Source: Ascidiella aspersa
Taxonomy: Eukaryota
NCBI GenBank assembly: GCA_963924565.1
Contig: OZ004611.1
Span: 22,878,001 to 22,942,000, forward strand
Reading direction: 5' to 3'
Length of the DNA stretch: 64,000 nucleotides
Part shown: one piece after another, positions 26,489 through 40,736 of the stretch
Layout of the letters: each line of letters starts with the position of its first letter
Numbering within the stretch: position 1 is the stretch's first letter
Notes under the pieces: generated by a model
Database searches by the model: none
What the model was told of the DNA's origin: nothing
The model's input: only the letters and a program-made list of their open reading frames with translations
Program-made: the position numbers and the translations under genes

Positions 26489-27535
26489 TTAGGAATGAGG
26501 ACACTGGTTCGCGTTCACGCATTCGGCGCCATCCCAGAAGAGTCCCCGAGAGCAGTAGCAGCCGCTTTCACACGACGGCGAGCTGCTACTTCGGAGCGAT
26601 TGCGAACGAGGGCCTTGGTAACCGCTTGATCCTGGATAGCGAAGCCTAGAGTAAAAGTAAGGTCGTCGTCGTAGACGAGCAAGTTGCCACAGGTATAAGT
26701 ATGTAAGGGCAAGTTTTGGATTTAACCCTTGGAATGTCGCGAGCATAGACATTTGCATTGGCACTGGGTCTTGGTATTGGTCTTGGTCGGTTCCTCGTTT
26801 CACCCTTGAAGTGTGGCCGTTTATATCGCTGCATTTTCTGCCTTGCGGCATGCATGTGCTGTATTGCCGGTCTCCATCGCACTCTAAAACGAAAATACCA
26901 GTGTTGTACATCAATGTGACTATTTTCAAATGACTTGACTTGACTTAAGTCTACTTAAGTCGTTTGGATAAATTCCTTGACTTGGACTTAAGTCATTGAT
27001 TTAAATTACGCGGGTTAAAAGTAAGAGTTTCTATAAAATGTGTATCCCTAAAATTGATTAATTTATCTGACTATTTGCACGTAAAACAACTTGCTTACTA
27101 TGCTTTTTATTTTCGTTATTTTTTAATTAAGGTAATGCTCATTATTTTTGGACGAGGTTACCAATTTTGATACAAAAGCGATATCGCAAAGGCGGTATAG
27201 ATTTGCGCAAAGCGCGAAACGAGCTCAAACATTTTCTTTTGTACGTCATTACAACTTCTAAGCCCTAATTTCCAAGCAAGGCTAACAACACATAACGATA
27301 AATTACAACTATCCTAGATAAAATCATGAAAACATTAAGTATTCCGCGATCGTTTTACTTTTTGTTAGATAGAAATGTTACATGTGAAGGTGTACATAAG
27401 GTTTCATATTGTTCTTGATTTGTCACTGCAAAAATACACGAGCATTTTAGTGAAGTTAGAGAGCAAATTACCTGGATGAGCGGTTACACAATATCCGAGC
27501 ATGACAAGCAAGACGCAACAATAAATCAGGTCCAT
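26489..27535 (-). CDS. Split-TIL gene B: secreted 152-aa protein (exons 27535-27472, 26883-26489)
   Basis: MDLIYCCVLLVMLGYCVTAHP|ECDGDRQYSTCMPQGRKC...RVKR...LRRRPYFYSRLRYPG...CESGCYCSRGLFWDGAECVNANQCPHS*; phase-1 GT-AG intron. Confidence 0.88.
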
Positions 27536-27754
27536 TATTGTTATCTTTACTGGCTAAAAGAAAAAAACAAACAATCATTAAATTGTTTTAACAGGGCTGT
27601 ATTTCCATGACAGCATATTAGTGCGACCAGCGATATAACATAAGTCGGGGCTGCATAGTGTCGTATTCTGGACTCAAATAAGTCTATTAATTTGGCGGGA
27701 TTCTACACTCGAAAATCAAGTGAGACTATCCTGAGTCGGAGTATACGCTTATGC

Positions 27755-28020
27755 CGGGGATTCTTAAACTGGGGTCCATGAACCCCTTGGGGGTACGTGA
27801 AGCCCCTTTAGGGGGTCCATGAAAGCCTAATTGCACTGAATGTATTCAGACTCCATTTCACTTTCACATTTTTTGAACCGAAACCAGCAGATTTCTAAAG
27901 TTCATTTGTATTGTGACGTAAATCTACGACATCGTCTCTAAAAATGTTTTCCCTAACGTGGTCCATGCATAGCAAGTAAAATCTTTAGGGGTCCGCGGTA
28001 AAAAAATTTAAGAAGGGCTG
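27755..28020. mobile_element. hAT-type MITE upstream of gene B
   Basis: TSD GCTTATGC / GCTTATGT; internal sequence is the reverse complement of 18832-19155. Confidence 0.7.
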
Positions 28021-30700
28021 GCTTATGTGGTAGAGTTACACAGTTCGGACCCGACAAGGCGGCAAACCATAGATTGTAACAGCGTGTGATAAAATAGTTT
28101 CCACCTATATACGTATTGTAGGTGGGTGAGTTACACGAATCCCCTATAAGTTAATACAGGGCTGTAAGTCGGAGACGGACTCGTTATTTGACTGAATCCG
28201 ACTAGGACATCGACTTTATTTTCCCGGCTGCACCTGTACTCAAGCTGTTGTAAATTATTAGGCAGGTTGGTTTATTGTAAGTAGCATTTCCAATGGCACA
28301 TGTTGTAGAACTAAAACTGATTAGGTCCTAATTAAGCAAATAGCAAAAAAGGCTATGCCTTTTGTTTAAAGATCTTTCTTGATTTGATAAAGATTTATAA
28401 TGTAGCCCTACCGTTTCGGATTTAACCACACACGTTCAATTAATTTTATTTGTTTTTAATTTTATATAGGCCTAATTCTTTTAAAAGCGAAATATGCTTA
28501 AGATACTATAAAATTTACGGAATGTAATGTTAGTTTTAGACGATTTCCGACTAGACCAGGGGTCACCAAACTACAGCATGCGGGCCAGATCCAGTCTGCC
28601 GGGTCAACCGATCCGGTTTGCGGCAAATTTTCTTAATAAACCTGACGTATATTTGAAATGTTGTTAAATGCAATTCAAAAATGAATTTTGAAGAAATTTT
28701 AAACTGTATGCGACAATTGAGTAAGGCCCATTACAGTTGTTGTTATTTTTATAGTTATTTATATTTCCTTCGTTTTGAATTGACCAAGGTAACTACATTT
28801 TGCTGCAACAAGCGTTAAGGAATATTAAAAATATTTCGAACGGAAAGATCGGTTAGCCTAAACATAACTTGTACAAGATCCTTCGGTTTAGGCTACGGCC
28901 TCGCTTCTACATCGGCAAGATAATTACATTTCACACCAATGCTCTAAATGAGGATTCATTACCCTTAAGTTATATATATAGGATATAAGATCGATATCAA
29001 AGCAGAAAGTAGGCAAGCGTCCTTCAGTATTTCAGTTTCGTACCCTGCACGGCAATGAACGACAAAGAAATATTACACAAACCGGTTTATCAAGAAGTTT
29101 ACAGCTAGTTAAGAATTTATTGAAATAAGGCTATGAAGCCCGCGGCAATTAAGCTCTTCTCCAAGTGATTTAACTGTTGAAGAAAGTTAACAAAATACAT
29201 CAGCAACTGTGCATATTACATGCTATGCTCCTGTAGCTAAAGCAGGGGTGTCTAACATAAGGCACGCGTGCCAAATGTTCCACGCGACCTAATAAAAAAT
29301 TGCACGCAAGCCCAAAAAATGCAGCCAATTGTCAAAAAAGCTAAATTTTGTTATACTACCAACTGTTATTTTTTATTCACAATACCAAACAATCCAAGCA
29401 ATTACGACAACAAACAGTATTCTGATATTATAACACTGTACTGTTTTTACTTTTTTGTATAAAAGCGCTTTTAATATTAAAAGAAAAAAAATAGTTGCTA
29501 AACTTTGCACGAAAACAAGTTATAAGATAAAAATTGACACGTCGGCATGTTTGAGTTGGACATTGCAATAATGTGTATAAAAAATCCATCGTGGATCGTA
29601 GTTTATCAAACGCTGCACAAGTTTATCTGAAATTATCTCAGACTAAAAAAATTCGTTGTCAGCTAATTGCACATTCCCACCACTATTTCCAGCACGCCGC
29701 CGCCCATAGACGACAGTTAAGTTATTTCCAGCACAAATACCAAAGCATAGCCGGAAGGTAAAACTAAAAAGCTTGCCGAATCCGCAACGTGCCAGTTAAA
29801 CGCTTAATCGATTATTTTACCCTTGTAAAATATATCTCCGGGCGGATTTCAATTGGGAAACGAGCGACTGAGGCAAAGATTTTTCCACACAACGTAAATG
29901 TTGCCACACATCTTGATTGAACAAGCAGTTTAAGGCGTTAACGCGATATTTCTTTGTCAGGGTCGTCAAAGTAGCGCGAGTTTGTTCCGCTTTTTTAAAT
30001 TGTTTGCTTGAAAATTGTAAATATGGCGTCTCAAAGCTACGTCGAACTCATGCAACCGTGTCAAAAAGCATATACAGTTATACACGGATATTGCGGGCAA
30101 GCGCGAAACAATTGCCTTCATGTTGGTTCCAAATAAAAAATGGATAACTGAATAACTTTTAGATTGGCACATTTTTAAAAACAATTTCATCTATCAACAC
30201 AATTCCTTAAGACGATAAACTGAATTTTAGCAAGTTTTTGAGGGCAGCTGAACCAAAGCTAAATGGCTTCACAAAATTCACGATAAAAAGTTGGCGCAAA
30301 TATTTAATTGTATTAAGCGCAAATTGGACTTTTTTTAAATTTCACACGGCTCGAGCCTTTATGTTTGTACATAAAAATGTGCAAAAAATATTATTGTTTT
30401 CCAGTTGACGTTAGCAAGCAATGTATTTAATATAAGAGGTATTTGCAGTAAACAGCCCCAATTTAACACTTGCCCAAGTTGAAAAAAAAAACCGTATAGA
30501 AGAACACAAGTGGTCACACACAAGAAACCGGTTCGGTTAAGTGCAGAGTTTAGGAATAAAAAAGGAAAAAGAACGCAAACTAAACAATTTATGAAAGAAG
30601 AGGTTATTGCAGTAAACAGCCCAAAGTTAACAAATGGCCAGTTGAAAATCAGCGTATAGAATACAAGTGGCCACCACACAGGTTCGGTTAAGTTCAAGGT

Positions 30701-31889
30701 TTAGGAATAAGGACACTGGTTTGCGTTCACGCATTCGGCGCCATCCCAGAAGAGTCCGCGAGAGCAGGAGCAGCCGCTTTCACACGACGGCGAGCTGCTG
30801 CTTTGGAACGATTGCGATCGAGGGCCTTGGTAACCGCTTGATCCTGGATAGCGAGGCCTAGAGTAAAATTAAGGTCGGCGGATAAGACGTCAAAGTACGT
30901 AGTATTTTGACAAGCGTCTAACAACGTCCAAGTTAAGCCCTAGAAAGTTCGAGGGCACCATTGGCGGCATTTCAGGCACCGGAACAGGCGCGCCACGTTA
31001 CACTCTTGTAGTGCGTTCGTCGATATCGCTGCACTTCCTTCCTTCCGGCCTACGCCGGTAGTATTGCTGACCTCCGCTGCACACTAAAGCAGATAACAAA
31101 ACAGTTGTAAAGTGTAACCGGGTTTATATAGTGTTCACGAAGATCTAATATTGCAATATAGGTGGTAATAATGTCGGATCGAAGCCTAAACTTGACGTAA
31201 AATGATAGTACAGGTACGCGAGCGATACTAGGGTGGTTTCGCTGCCGATCCGATATTAAATTTTTCGAAAATTCTTAGCCATGATTGGCTATCGCTGTTA
31301 TTTCTACTTTGAAGGGGTGATTTGTCATAAAAGGTAGGTTAACAAGTGGGGATAACTAAACTTCATAATGCTGAAGCACACTTTAGCCAAATAACCTTGA
31401 AAAAATACCTCAGACGTGGTTGAACATAATGACGTCACTCGGTATCAGGTCGGATCGCGATATAAAACAATGATTTTTTAAGTGTAACGTAAAATAATGT
31501 GAAATACCTTTGTCGAAAACCTATGAACTACCTGGTTAACCTTTTTTTACATTTTACGGTATTCAATAATGGTTTATTCGCTAACCGGCAAACTTATATC
31601 GAATTTGAAACCACTTAATCAACCTGACAATGTACTATGCTTTCAGAAAAGGCCTTGTAGGTTAACCATCGGCCCCGGACTGTCAAATAGGAAAGACAGT
31701 CATCAGGATACCATAGGCCATGCGTAACCAACTGACCGTACATGCGTAAATTGTTATACTGTTCTAAAATGCTACTACAATTTTTACCAAAAAAACAATT
31801 TAATTTATTTTGCATAACGTTTACCTTGTTGGGCGGTGACGCAATATCCAAGCAGAACCAGCAAAAATTCAACCGTAAGTTAAATTCAT
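30701..31889 (-). pseudogene. Split-TIL pseudogene C (exons 31889-31825, 31083-30701)
   Basis: The signal exon is 65 nt rather than 64, with a frameshift and TGA. Exon 2 has RV*R in place of RVKR, a further TAG, loss of C2 and frame disruption. The 3' ~170 bp is near-identical to gene B. Confidence 0.85.
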
Positions 31890-34501
31890 TGTGATACTAG
31901 TGGTAGGCTTCTGAAGAAGATTTAATACGGTAGTTAGAGAAAACCTTTAGGCAGCAATGTAAAAAATGAAAACAAATAGAGACCGGTGTTAACCAAACTT
32001 CGACTTGGCTAAAATGTTTGGTATGTGCTGTGGACTGAGGTATATTAAAACTAAATTTTAATGTAAATTTTACCTAAATGTTTCTTTTAAAGATTCCTAT
32101 AGGTTCCGTTAGTTAATGCAAGCTGCATAACCCAAAATATTTTCTGTTGGTTTTCAACATTGTTGTTTTTGCTGGTATAATGATGACCAAGTATAGTAAT
32201 CCAATGGTGGATTTCAGCCTCCATGTCAAAAATAAAGGCTTAATCAGTTTGGTACTGGATCGCTAACGATACCACTCTGGAATAGAACTAGCACCGATAC
32301 AACCACTAGCCCTTGGCCGATAATCACGACCCTTCTATATTGATATTATTTAAAAACAAATGATCTAAAAGTAAAAACTAAATATGATAAAGATTTTAAG
32401 AGGTTAGTCTGGCAACTTTGCCGCAGTGCCGACTACCTTGACTTTCGTGGTTTGGTCAGCTACAGGCCAGATTGGAAACTTTGGATATTGCGCGGAGGAG
32501 ATGTTTTGCAGCTGAAAAAATGCGCGGCTGAAAATAAAATTTCGACTTGAACCATCCGCGGCTGAAAATAAACCACCAGACTACCGAAAGTTGTAAGTTG
32601 CGACATTATAATAAACTTACAGGTTTACAGCGTTCATAGAATACTTGAAGCACTGAGCAATTTTTGGTTGGTGTGCGGGCGCAGCGCGCAGGTAAATATT
32701 TAAAAAGTTGTGACCGCGGCTGAAAGGGATAAATCCAGGCCAAACTTTCCAACCTGGGCTACAGGCAGACCACGTTACTGCGAAAAAATGACGCGGGTAA
32801 ATACAATTATCCGTATCCTTTCATTCAATATGTTGTAAATTACCATTATTGTGATTGTTGTAAGTCAAAACCCTTGTCGCAAAATTTCAATCGTCCTAAT
32901 TTTGAAGTATAATCAGCTTCATTTTCTTTATTTTTTGTATCTTACTAAGTGTCAAAATTAAGACTTTTAATTTGACGGATTTTAATTTGACGGACTGCAA
33001 GTCACAGTTATGCTTATACGCTTATGATAGGAGAAATAAGCTGTTTTTCACAGCTTAGTAGCCAACATGTGACAACGTGGTTAATCTACTGAACAGTAAT
33101 ATATGCCCTGAAAAATCTTAAAATATTATTCTGTCATTAAAAAACGATTGAATACGCCTCCTTCTATGGTGGCCTTGACTGCAGCAAATGACTAACCGCA
33201 GCGACGACCTGTCATAACTGGGTGAAAAAACTGCGACGGTTAGCGTTTTCTAATTAGTATGGTGGAGCAATCAGCGACCGGTACAAGTTTGCTCGAATCT
33301 GGCATTCTTTCTAACGAATCATGATTTGGCGCTTGATTACAAAATAAGCGATCGAGACGAATTTCGCGCGCCGAGAGCATTGGCGTCGCTAAATACGGCG
33401 AGACTGCTGCGATAAGTCCAACTTCGAAACATAAAAAGTTAACGCAAAAGCTCAGACAGCGTTAAGTGGATTATCACATTTGTTACCACTTCTCTGTGAA
33501 CTTTATTGCGCTAAGCACCTTAGGAATTTCTGACCAAGGTATTTGTCACGATTTGTGACACCTTATTTAAATAAACGGATTTATATCATGATCGCGTATT
33601 TTTTTATTTTTTGAATGATTTTACGGGTGGATGGGTGGGTCCGGAACGACGTCATAAAATCACGTAAAACGTGACGTGATTAAAATAAGAGGGTATGTGA
33701 CTTTTTAAATCTACACTTGGTAATAAATCCATTCATAATTTAAAGTTACACATGAAAAGCAAGTTGGTTTGTTGAATGAATAAGTTTATTTTTTCGGGTT
33801 TAACAGTTTGCTTTAATCTTTTATATCTTGCCCTAACACCATGAGGCCTTATTTATGGATATTATGATGTTTTTTTATTGATTCAAGAATTTTGAACTAA
33901 TTGAAAACAACTAGGGACATTGCCTTACTCGATCCGTTGGCAAAATCAAGAAACAAGTCATCATAAAGAGGTGACTGTAATCGCAAGCCTGAATGAGCAT
34001 ATTACATGTGTTAATATTCGTTTATTCCGGTCCAAAGCTGCGCCAACATGAAGCAAACAAGTAAGCACAAAACAAAAGAAGCAAGTTTTAGAACCAAGGC
34101 AATATACAGCAAAGAGTGAAGCAATCTACGATTTTCAAACAGTAGCAGCCGATAAATTGTTTGCTTAGGCGGTTATTGATATTTATTGCTCACCACAAAA
34201 ACAAAGCTTAAATTCATAAATCTATGGGTTTTATGAAATTTGTAGATCCCTTTTTTTAAGGCAATATTTGCAGTGTATATAAACAATAGATACTTCATGC
34301 TTGCAAATGGGGAGAAGTCGATTCATGTTTAACACAAACCGTTTATATTATACATAAAATCAGGATTTTATTGTTTCCCAACTAGCCCCTATTAGTTTCA
34401 GACTACAAATATTTGGTTAAGATATTCTTAAAATAACCCAACTGCCAATGAATATTACAATTTCTTTTCCACATACAGCCTATGTTTATATATTGCGTGG
34501 T

Positions 34502-35301
34502 TTAGTCATGGGGACATTGGTGTGACTTTACGCATCTGTTGCCATCCCAGAAGAGATCATTCGGACATACACAGCCGCTTACACATGGCGGTCTGTCTTG
34601 CTGACCCTGATCGCTTTGTGACGAATGCGAACCACGACCTGGGTAACCATATGGGCCGGTGTAGCGAGGTCCGGGGTAATAATACGGTCGCCGTCGTGGG
34701 TACAAGGCTCGTAGGAAAATCCACAACCTTGCGGCAAGTTTGAAGTTGATTGGTGGAAAGAGTGGGTCCCTAGGGGCTGGAGGGGCTGGAGGGGCGGGGG
34801 GACCGGGTGGGCTGTCAGCCCCTCTTTTCACTCTTGTAATGTGATCGTCTATATCGCTGCATTTTCGTCCTTCCGGCTTACATTGGCTGTATCGTTGGCC
34901 CCTGTCGCATTCTGAAAGACAATTAGACGCTTGTTTTTCGAAGCCGAAACCAGGTTTGTGATAGTAGAGACAACTCTGTTCTTAATAGCTTTCAAGAAGG
35001 GCTGGTAGCATGGAATCAGAGCCGATAACCGATGGTTGAAATATTACATTTGTACGTGATTTCAATAATGCCTTATTTTGTTATATTATAAGTCATGAGG
35101 TCGTTTAGTAACCGACGGCCGTCCTTTAAAACTAAAATATTTTACGTGAAATAAAGTCCAGGAAATGTTATATGGAACATCTTGAATAGCTATGACTGCA
35201 GTACCGTGATGAATTTCAACAAAACAAAACAATTTACCTGGATGAGCTTTGACATAATTTCCAATGAAGGCCAGCAACACAAAACAAAAAATCAAATTCA
35301 T
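34502..35301 (-). CDS. Split-TIL gene D: secreted 157-aa protein (exons 35301-35238, 34911-34502)
   Basis: MNLIFCFVLLAFIGNYVKAHP|ECDRGQRYSQCKPEGRKC...RVKRGADSPPGPPAPP...YPRRRPYYYPGPRY...CVSGCVCPNDLFWDGNRCVKSHQCPHD*. Confidence 0.88.
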
Positions 35302-36294
35302 TGTTAAACTAATCGGCTAAAAATGATCTGAAAAGAGCCGATTTATATGTTAGATAAAGCCACCATGGCATTGCCAGTGATTTGTTTATCAACGCAATAA
35401 AAATATACGACCCCATGTTTCATTGGATTAAAAATAGGAATCATTCTCACACATGAAACTCCAAATGTTTATTTAGATTATGCTAAAGGACCACAAATGT
35501 TTTGCCTTTTATATGTTTGATAAACTAAAATCAGCATATATCTGAAACCATGTCTATTACCTAACGATCATATGCACATGTTGCTTTAATGCTACTGAAA
35601 GACATTTTTAGTTTTCTTTTTAAATACCGTAATAAAAAACTTACCAACAAAAAACATCAATTGGAATGTTCTTTATATGGACGTATTAAAAAAATTACCT
35701 TCCGATTTCAACTAAACGATTTCAAAGTTGCTTTGACGATTAGTTTGCCATCCATTGAAAAAAACGATAGCAAACTTAAGAAAACGAAGTGTCAGAGCAA
35801 GACCAAATCTACAAACAACTTCAAGGCTGTAGTTAGGCTTAATAACCAACACACATCGGCAGAAGAGGTCGGTGTATCTGTACTGTTTGTCTGCTCAAGC
35901 AGCAGCTTTTATTACCTGGGAGATTAATTTATTGCCTAGTCCTAGAAAAACGCGGATAATTGGCTGCAGTGCCTTGAAACTTAGGCTAAGTTTAGTACGC
36001 CCAAGTAATGTGAATTAGCCATAATTTCACAGTCCTCGAAAACCACCAGTTTCACTGTATTACAAAGTAATGAAAATCTTGAAGTATAACTGCACAAAGT
36101 TTTTTATATTGGAATGAGTTTCGGTCGTCGAACATAATTTTTTAGATATTAATACTTTTTTTAGCAACAGTGCATTCCTAAAATTTCTAACCACGCAGTC
36201 CGCTTTAATCAAAAAAAGAATTTCGATAAAAGTACAAAGTTGATAACAAACATTTTACGAAAAACTTCATTATTTCCAAATGGTGCTGCCGGTA

Positions 36295-39111
36295 GGGGAG
36301 ACCGGGGCGTAAAGTAACACGGGTCGATTGTAACACTCTAAATTGCGCCACCCATGGACACGCTGAAATCACGTGATTAACAATGCGCATGCGCCTTTCG
36401 GTTCATTTCCGCCATTGAAAGTTTGAGCAGGCTACGTGCAGTACAAACAAAGTTGTGGACAAAAACATATATTTCAGGTAAGAAAGTAAGTTTTTTTCTT
36501 TTTTTAGTTTTTGTTAGTGTTGTTTAACCATTTAACTTAAAAAATTGGAAAGGATACAATCGGATTTAGCAATTATTATAGTTTATTATTGCATACTTTA
36601 TGAACTAGCCAGTTGACTGGGCAAGTGGTGAACGAAGGCAATTAATGGCTGACATGGGCCTGGGTCGGTTGTAACAAAATTGACGGGGCTGGTTGTAACA
36701 TTTAAAAGGTGTTACAACTGACCCCGTCGAAACAGTATAATGTACTAAATCTTTAAATATTTTCAGCCATGGTGAGAAACTTTAAACGAAAAACTGACAG
36801 AGGGACTACGCCTGTGTCAGAACTTGCAAGAGCTGCCAACGATATGAAAAACCAAGGAAAATCTATTCGATCAGTAGCAAAAGAATATTCTATTTGCCAT
36901 GTCACGTTGTCTAGATTTTGTAAAGCAAAACAGAAGTTAGAAGATAGTGGTTCAAATGAATTGCCTTCTGTTGGTTACCGCAGTGCTACTCAAGTATTCA
37001 CGGAGTTGCAAGAAATGGAGTTGACAAAATATATCTTGATGTCAGCGGATGCTTATTACGGATTGTCTCCAAAAATGTAAGATATTACACTTACTTCATA
37101 TTGCTTTTGTAGAATCGGTGATATCATTTCTAAATCACATAAATTATAAGTAGGCTGTACTTGAAATTTTGGAAATCAAGTTTAATTTTGTTTAGGTCCG
37201 AGAATTCGCTTACGAACTTGCAGTGAAATACAAGTGCAATATTTGGTTTACTGGCTGCATCAAAAGAAACTCAACGGTGCAGAAAGCAACAAGTCTGTCA
37301 AGGGCTACGAGTTTTAACAAACCCAATGTCGGTGTGTTTTTTTCCAAACTAGATGGCGTGATATCAAACCATAAGTTGAATGGTAACGATATTTGGAATG
37401 TCGACGAAACAGGTATTACCACTGTTCAAGTTCCTAACCGTGTTATCGCAAAACGAGGGTAAAACAGGTCGGTGCTTTCACCTCAGGTGAGAGGGCCACG
37501 TTAGTCACTCTTGCTTGTGCAATAAACGCCATCGGAAATACAATACCGCCCATGTTTGTTTTTCCTCGGTCTCGATATGCCGATCACTTTGTTCGAGATG
37601 GTCCCCATGGCTGCATAGGATCCGGAAACAAATCCGGATGGATGCAACAGGACAACTTTCTTATTTTCCTTAAACGCTTTGTTAGCTACACTAAAGTCAC
37701 AGTTGAACGAAAGGTTTTGCTTTTGCTCGACAATCATAGCTCCCACCGTACAATTGCAGCCATAGATTATTGTAAGCAAAATGGTGTCATACTTCTTTCG
37801 TTTCCTCCTCACTGCAGCCACAAACTTCAGCCGCTCGATCGTAATGTTTATGGACCTCTAAAAAAATTTGTTAATGGTGCCAGTGACGCTTGGATAAAAA
37901 TGAACCCCGGAAAAACCATGACGATTTATAATATTCCTGGGCTTGTGAATACCACTCTTCCACTGGCAACAACGCCAAATAACATTCAGTCAGGATTCCG
38001 TTGCACAGGAATCTGTCCCTTCAACTCCGATATATTTGAAGAACACAAATTTTCTCCTTCACAGGTGACTGATCGGCCTGACCTAGCTCTCCTAGACTCC
38101 TCTTTATAGGCTCAACATGAAGAAGAACCTTCATCGTCTGGCAATTTGCCTCCAGCTCCCCTTCAAACATCTTTTTTGACTCAAGATGCTAAATAAGCTT
38201 CATCGTCTGGCAATTTGCCTCCAGCTCCCATTGGGACAGCTTTGTTGTCTCAACATGGTCTGCCACCAGCTCTTCTGTCTTCGCATTCCACAGGATCGGA
38301 CTTCTTACGTCAAAGTCCATCAACTTCTTCCGCATGCGAACCTCATTCTAACTTTAGTCCTGAAGAACTTCGTCCATTGCCAAAAGCACCATCAAGAAAA
38401 TAGTTGTATCCAAACGAAAAAAGATGCAAGCAGAAATTTTAACGGATATACGCCAGTCAAGAAAGCAATGGAAGAGGCGGAGAGACAGAAGCCTGCTAAA
38501 GCTAAAAGAAAAATAATTCTGCCCAAAAAGTCAACAAAATAAATTTAAACAACCCAACAACAAGCAAACTGATTCTTCGGACGACGAAGAAAATTACTGT
38601 TTGGTATGTATGGAACATTTCCAAAATTCTAAAACAAAAGAGGTTTGGATTCAATGTGTCAGATGTCACTTGTGGGCCCACAAAGCGTGCACCCCCGACA
38701 TGAATTATTCGTATTTATGTCACAACTGCGACTCGGATGATGAAAACTTTAAGCCATTTGCATCGTAGGCTAACACTGTCTGTTGCATTTACCTTTTGAA
38801 TTTGACATTTCGTTGAAATATAACAACAAAAATAAGTTTCCAATATGTTTATGCGGTTGTTTTAATTTGTTACAATTTGCCCCATCAGGTGTTACAATCG
38901 ACCCGTGTACGGGGCACGTTGTACCACATTTTTTGTCTTTTTTAAAAGGTCATAACTTTTCCGGTGAACAAAATATTTTTATAGAACCTGTGGCAACTTA
39001 TTGCTAAAAGATTGAATTTTTGTATGGCGAAGGTTTTATTTTATTTATTCAAAAGATAAACAAGTTATTAGATAATATGTCAAAATTGTATCAACACGCC
39101 CCGGTCTCCCC
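36295..39111 (+). mobile_element. Degenerate full-length pogo-superfamily (DD35D, Fot/Passer-like) DNA transposon
   Basis: TIRs GGGGAGACCGGGGCGT / ACGCCCCGGTCTCCCC flanked by TA. N-terminal psq-type HTH (KSIRSVAKEYSICHVTL); catalytic motifs WNVDETG, LLLLDNHSSH and LQPLD with 35 residues between D2 and D3; C-terminal PHD-like finger. Confidence 0.9.
36769..38770 (+). pseudogene. pogo transposase (HTH-DDE_1-PHD), intron-containing and disrupted
   Basis: GTAAG..TTTAG intron at ~37077-37195; frameshift at ~37460 (KRG/KQVG); in-frame TAG at 38107 and further lesions downstream. Confidence 0.85.
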
Positions 39112-40308
39112 TACATAGGAATTGGGAGAAAATTTTTTTATAAAAAGAACACGTGTTAATGAACGAGATTCTAGGCAAACGGGCAAAATACACCATTTAA
39201 TAAGTCATACTTACGAAGCGACTCGTTAAAGTCTCCTTTAAATTCTTTCGAGAAGTTAAATCACCAGTTTAGTAGGCTAAATTCCTTTCTAACTGGGATC
39301 GTGCTGGGTTGAAGTGTGTTGTACCAGGCACCGGTTGCTTACGAAAACTGACTTAACCTGTTGAACAAGTAGTGCTTGCACAAACAACACAATACACCCG
39401 GAAGACGCACCGAGCGAAAAGGTGCAAAATAATGTTACCAGCAAGTAACATACCCGACTCTGCAGGTGGTAGTTTGTAGAGAAAAAAAGCGACCATAGAT
39501 TAGGTCGATTCTTGCATTCCATAGAAAAATCGTCATTAAACCACGGCGAGCAACAGCGTCAGGGAAAATCGTTACATACATTGTTGTATTAAATTGAATT
39601 TATTTATATATTTGAAGTCGTTGAGTAGTTTGGCATTCTTCTCGTGAAAGTTTTTTTTCTGTTTATTTTCAGCAGTAATTTTTAAGGCGAATATTGCTAG
39701 GCCTATCTTTTATTTGACCAGACGCATTTACCTTTAACCAATTCACTCTTCTTACAATCTAATACAATACAACGTCGGTTAATAGTTGTTTTTCGAAAAA
39801 AGATACGATAATTAAAATTTAGGGGCATAAACAAAGCGGTTCGGTCGGATCAAACTGGTTGTACTTTCTGGAAAACAGCAAGCAGTGGTATAGTAAACCG
39901 CTGGCTCTGAGGGCCAAATCAAAACACAGACAAACCTTTTCTTTTTATGAATGAAAATGAATGAAAGACACACAAACATATGTGTTTAATAACATCTGTG
40001 ATCTAGCCCCCCTCGTACTTTTCTTTTTATGTTTCTAACCATAAGTCCAAAATCTTACGCAATTATTTAATGTTTAAGTATATTTGCCATACATTGTTTA
40101 TACATTAAACGGATATTAGTTTGCTGTGATTGGTCTGTTTTGCTAACTTAATAAAACGTGACCACTGTGCGTTTTTATTTCCACCCACTAAATGCAATTG
40201 TTACGTCACTATATCGAGTGGTCGTATTTGTGTGTATCTTTCATTAAATGATATGGTACTGTAGTGTATATCCCTCTGTGAAGGCTCTGATACGTAAAGG
40301 GTGATAAG

Positions 40309-40736
40309 TAGGGTGATTATTTTTTGACTTGTCAGAAAAAGCCAAAATTTTGTCAAAATTTTCAGGTTAGGTCAAAATTTGTCAAAATCCAATAAAAATG
40401 CACATAAATCGTTTACAAAATTAAAAAAAAAACTATAGTCAGCCATTTGAAATTAGTCGTTTAGTTGTTTTGAAATTTATCGTTCAATTTTATAAAAAAA
40501 AAATTTAGTTTTGATTTATGTTCAAAGTCATTTAAACCGTATTATATCTATCTTTATTAGAGCAATACACGGTATAAAACACGTGAGTTTAAGGACGCCT
40601 AGTGTATTTAAATTAATGTATTTCTAACAGGTCAAAATTTTGTCAAAATAAATTATTTTTGGGTCACAATTTGTCAAAATTTTAATTTTTTTAGGTCTAA
40701 ATTTCCAATTTTTTAGGTAAAATATTAATCGCCCTA
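40309..40736. mobile_element. hAT-type MITE with GTCAAAATTT subterminal repeats
   Basis: TIRs TAGGGTGATT / AATCGCCCTA; perfect TSD GTGATAAG (40301-40308, 40737-40744). Confidence 0.8.

Noticed and set aside
30359-30697. Hydrophobic 112-aa ORF suggesting a membrane protein
   Set aside because: T-rich 3' flank of pseudogene C with a local duplication, a non-ATG start context and no recognisable family.
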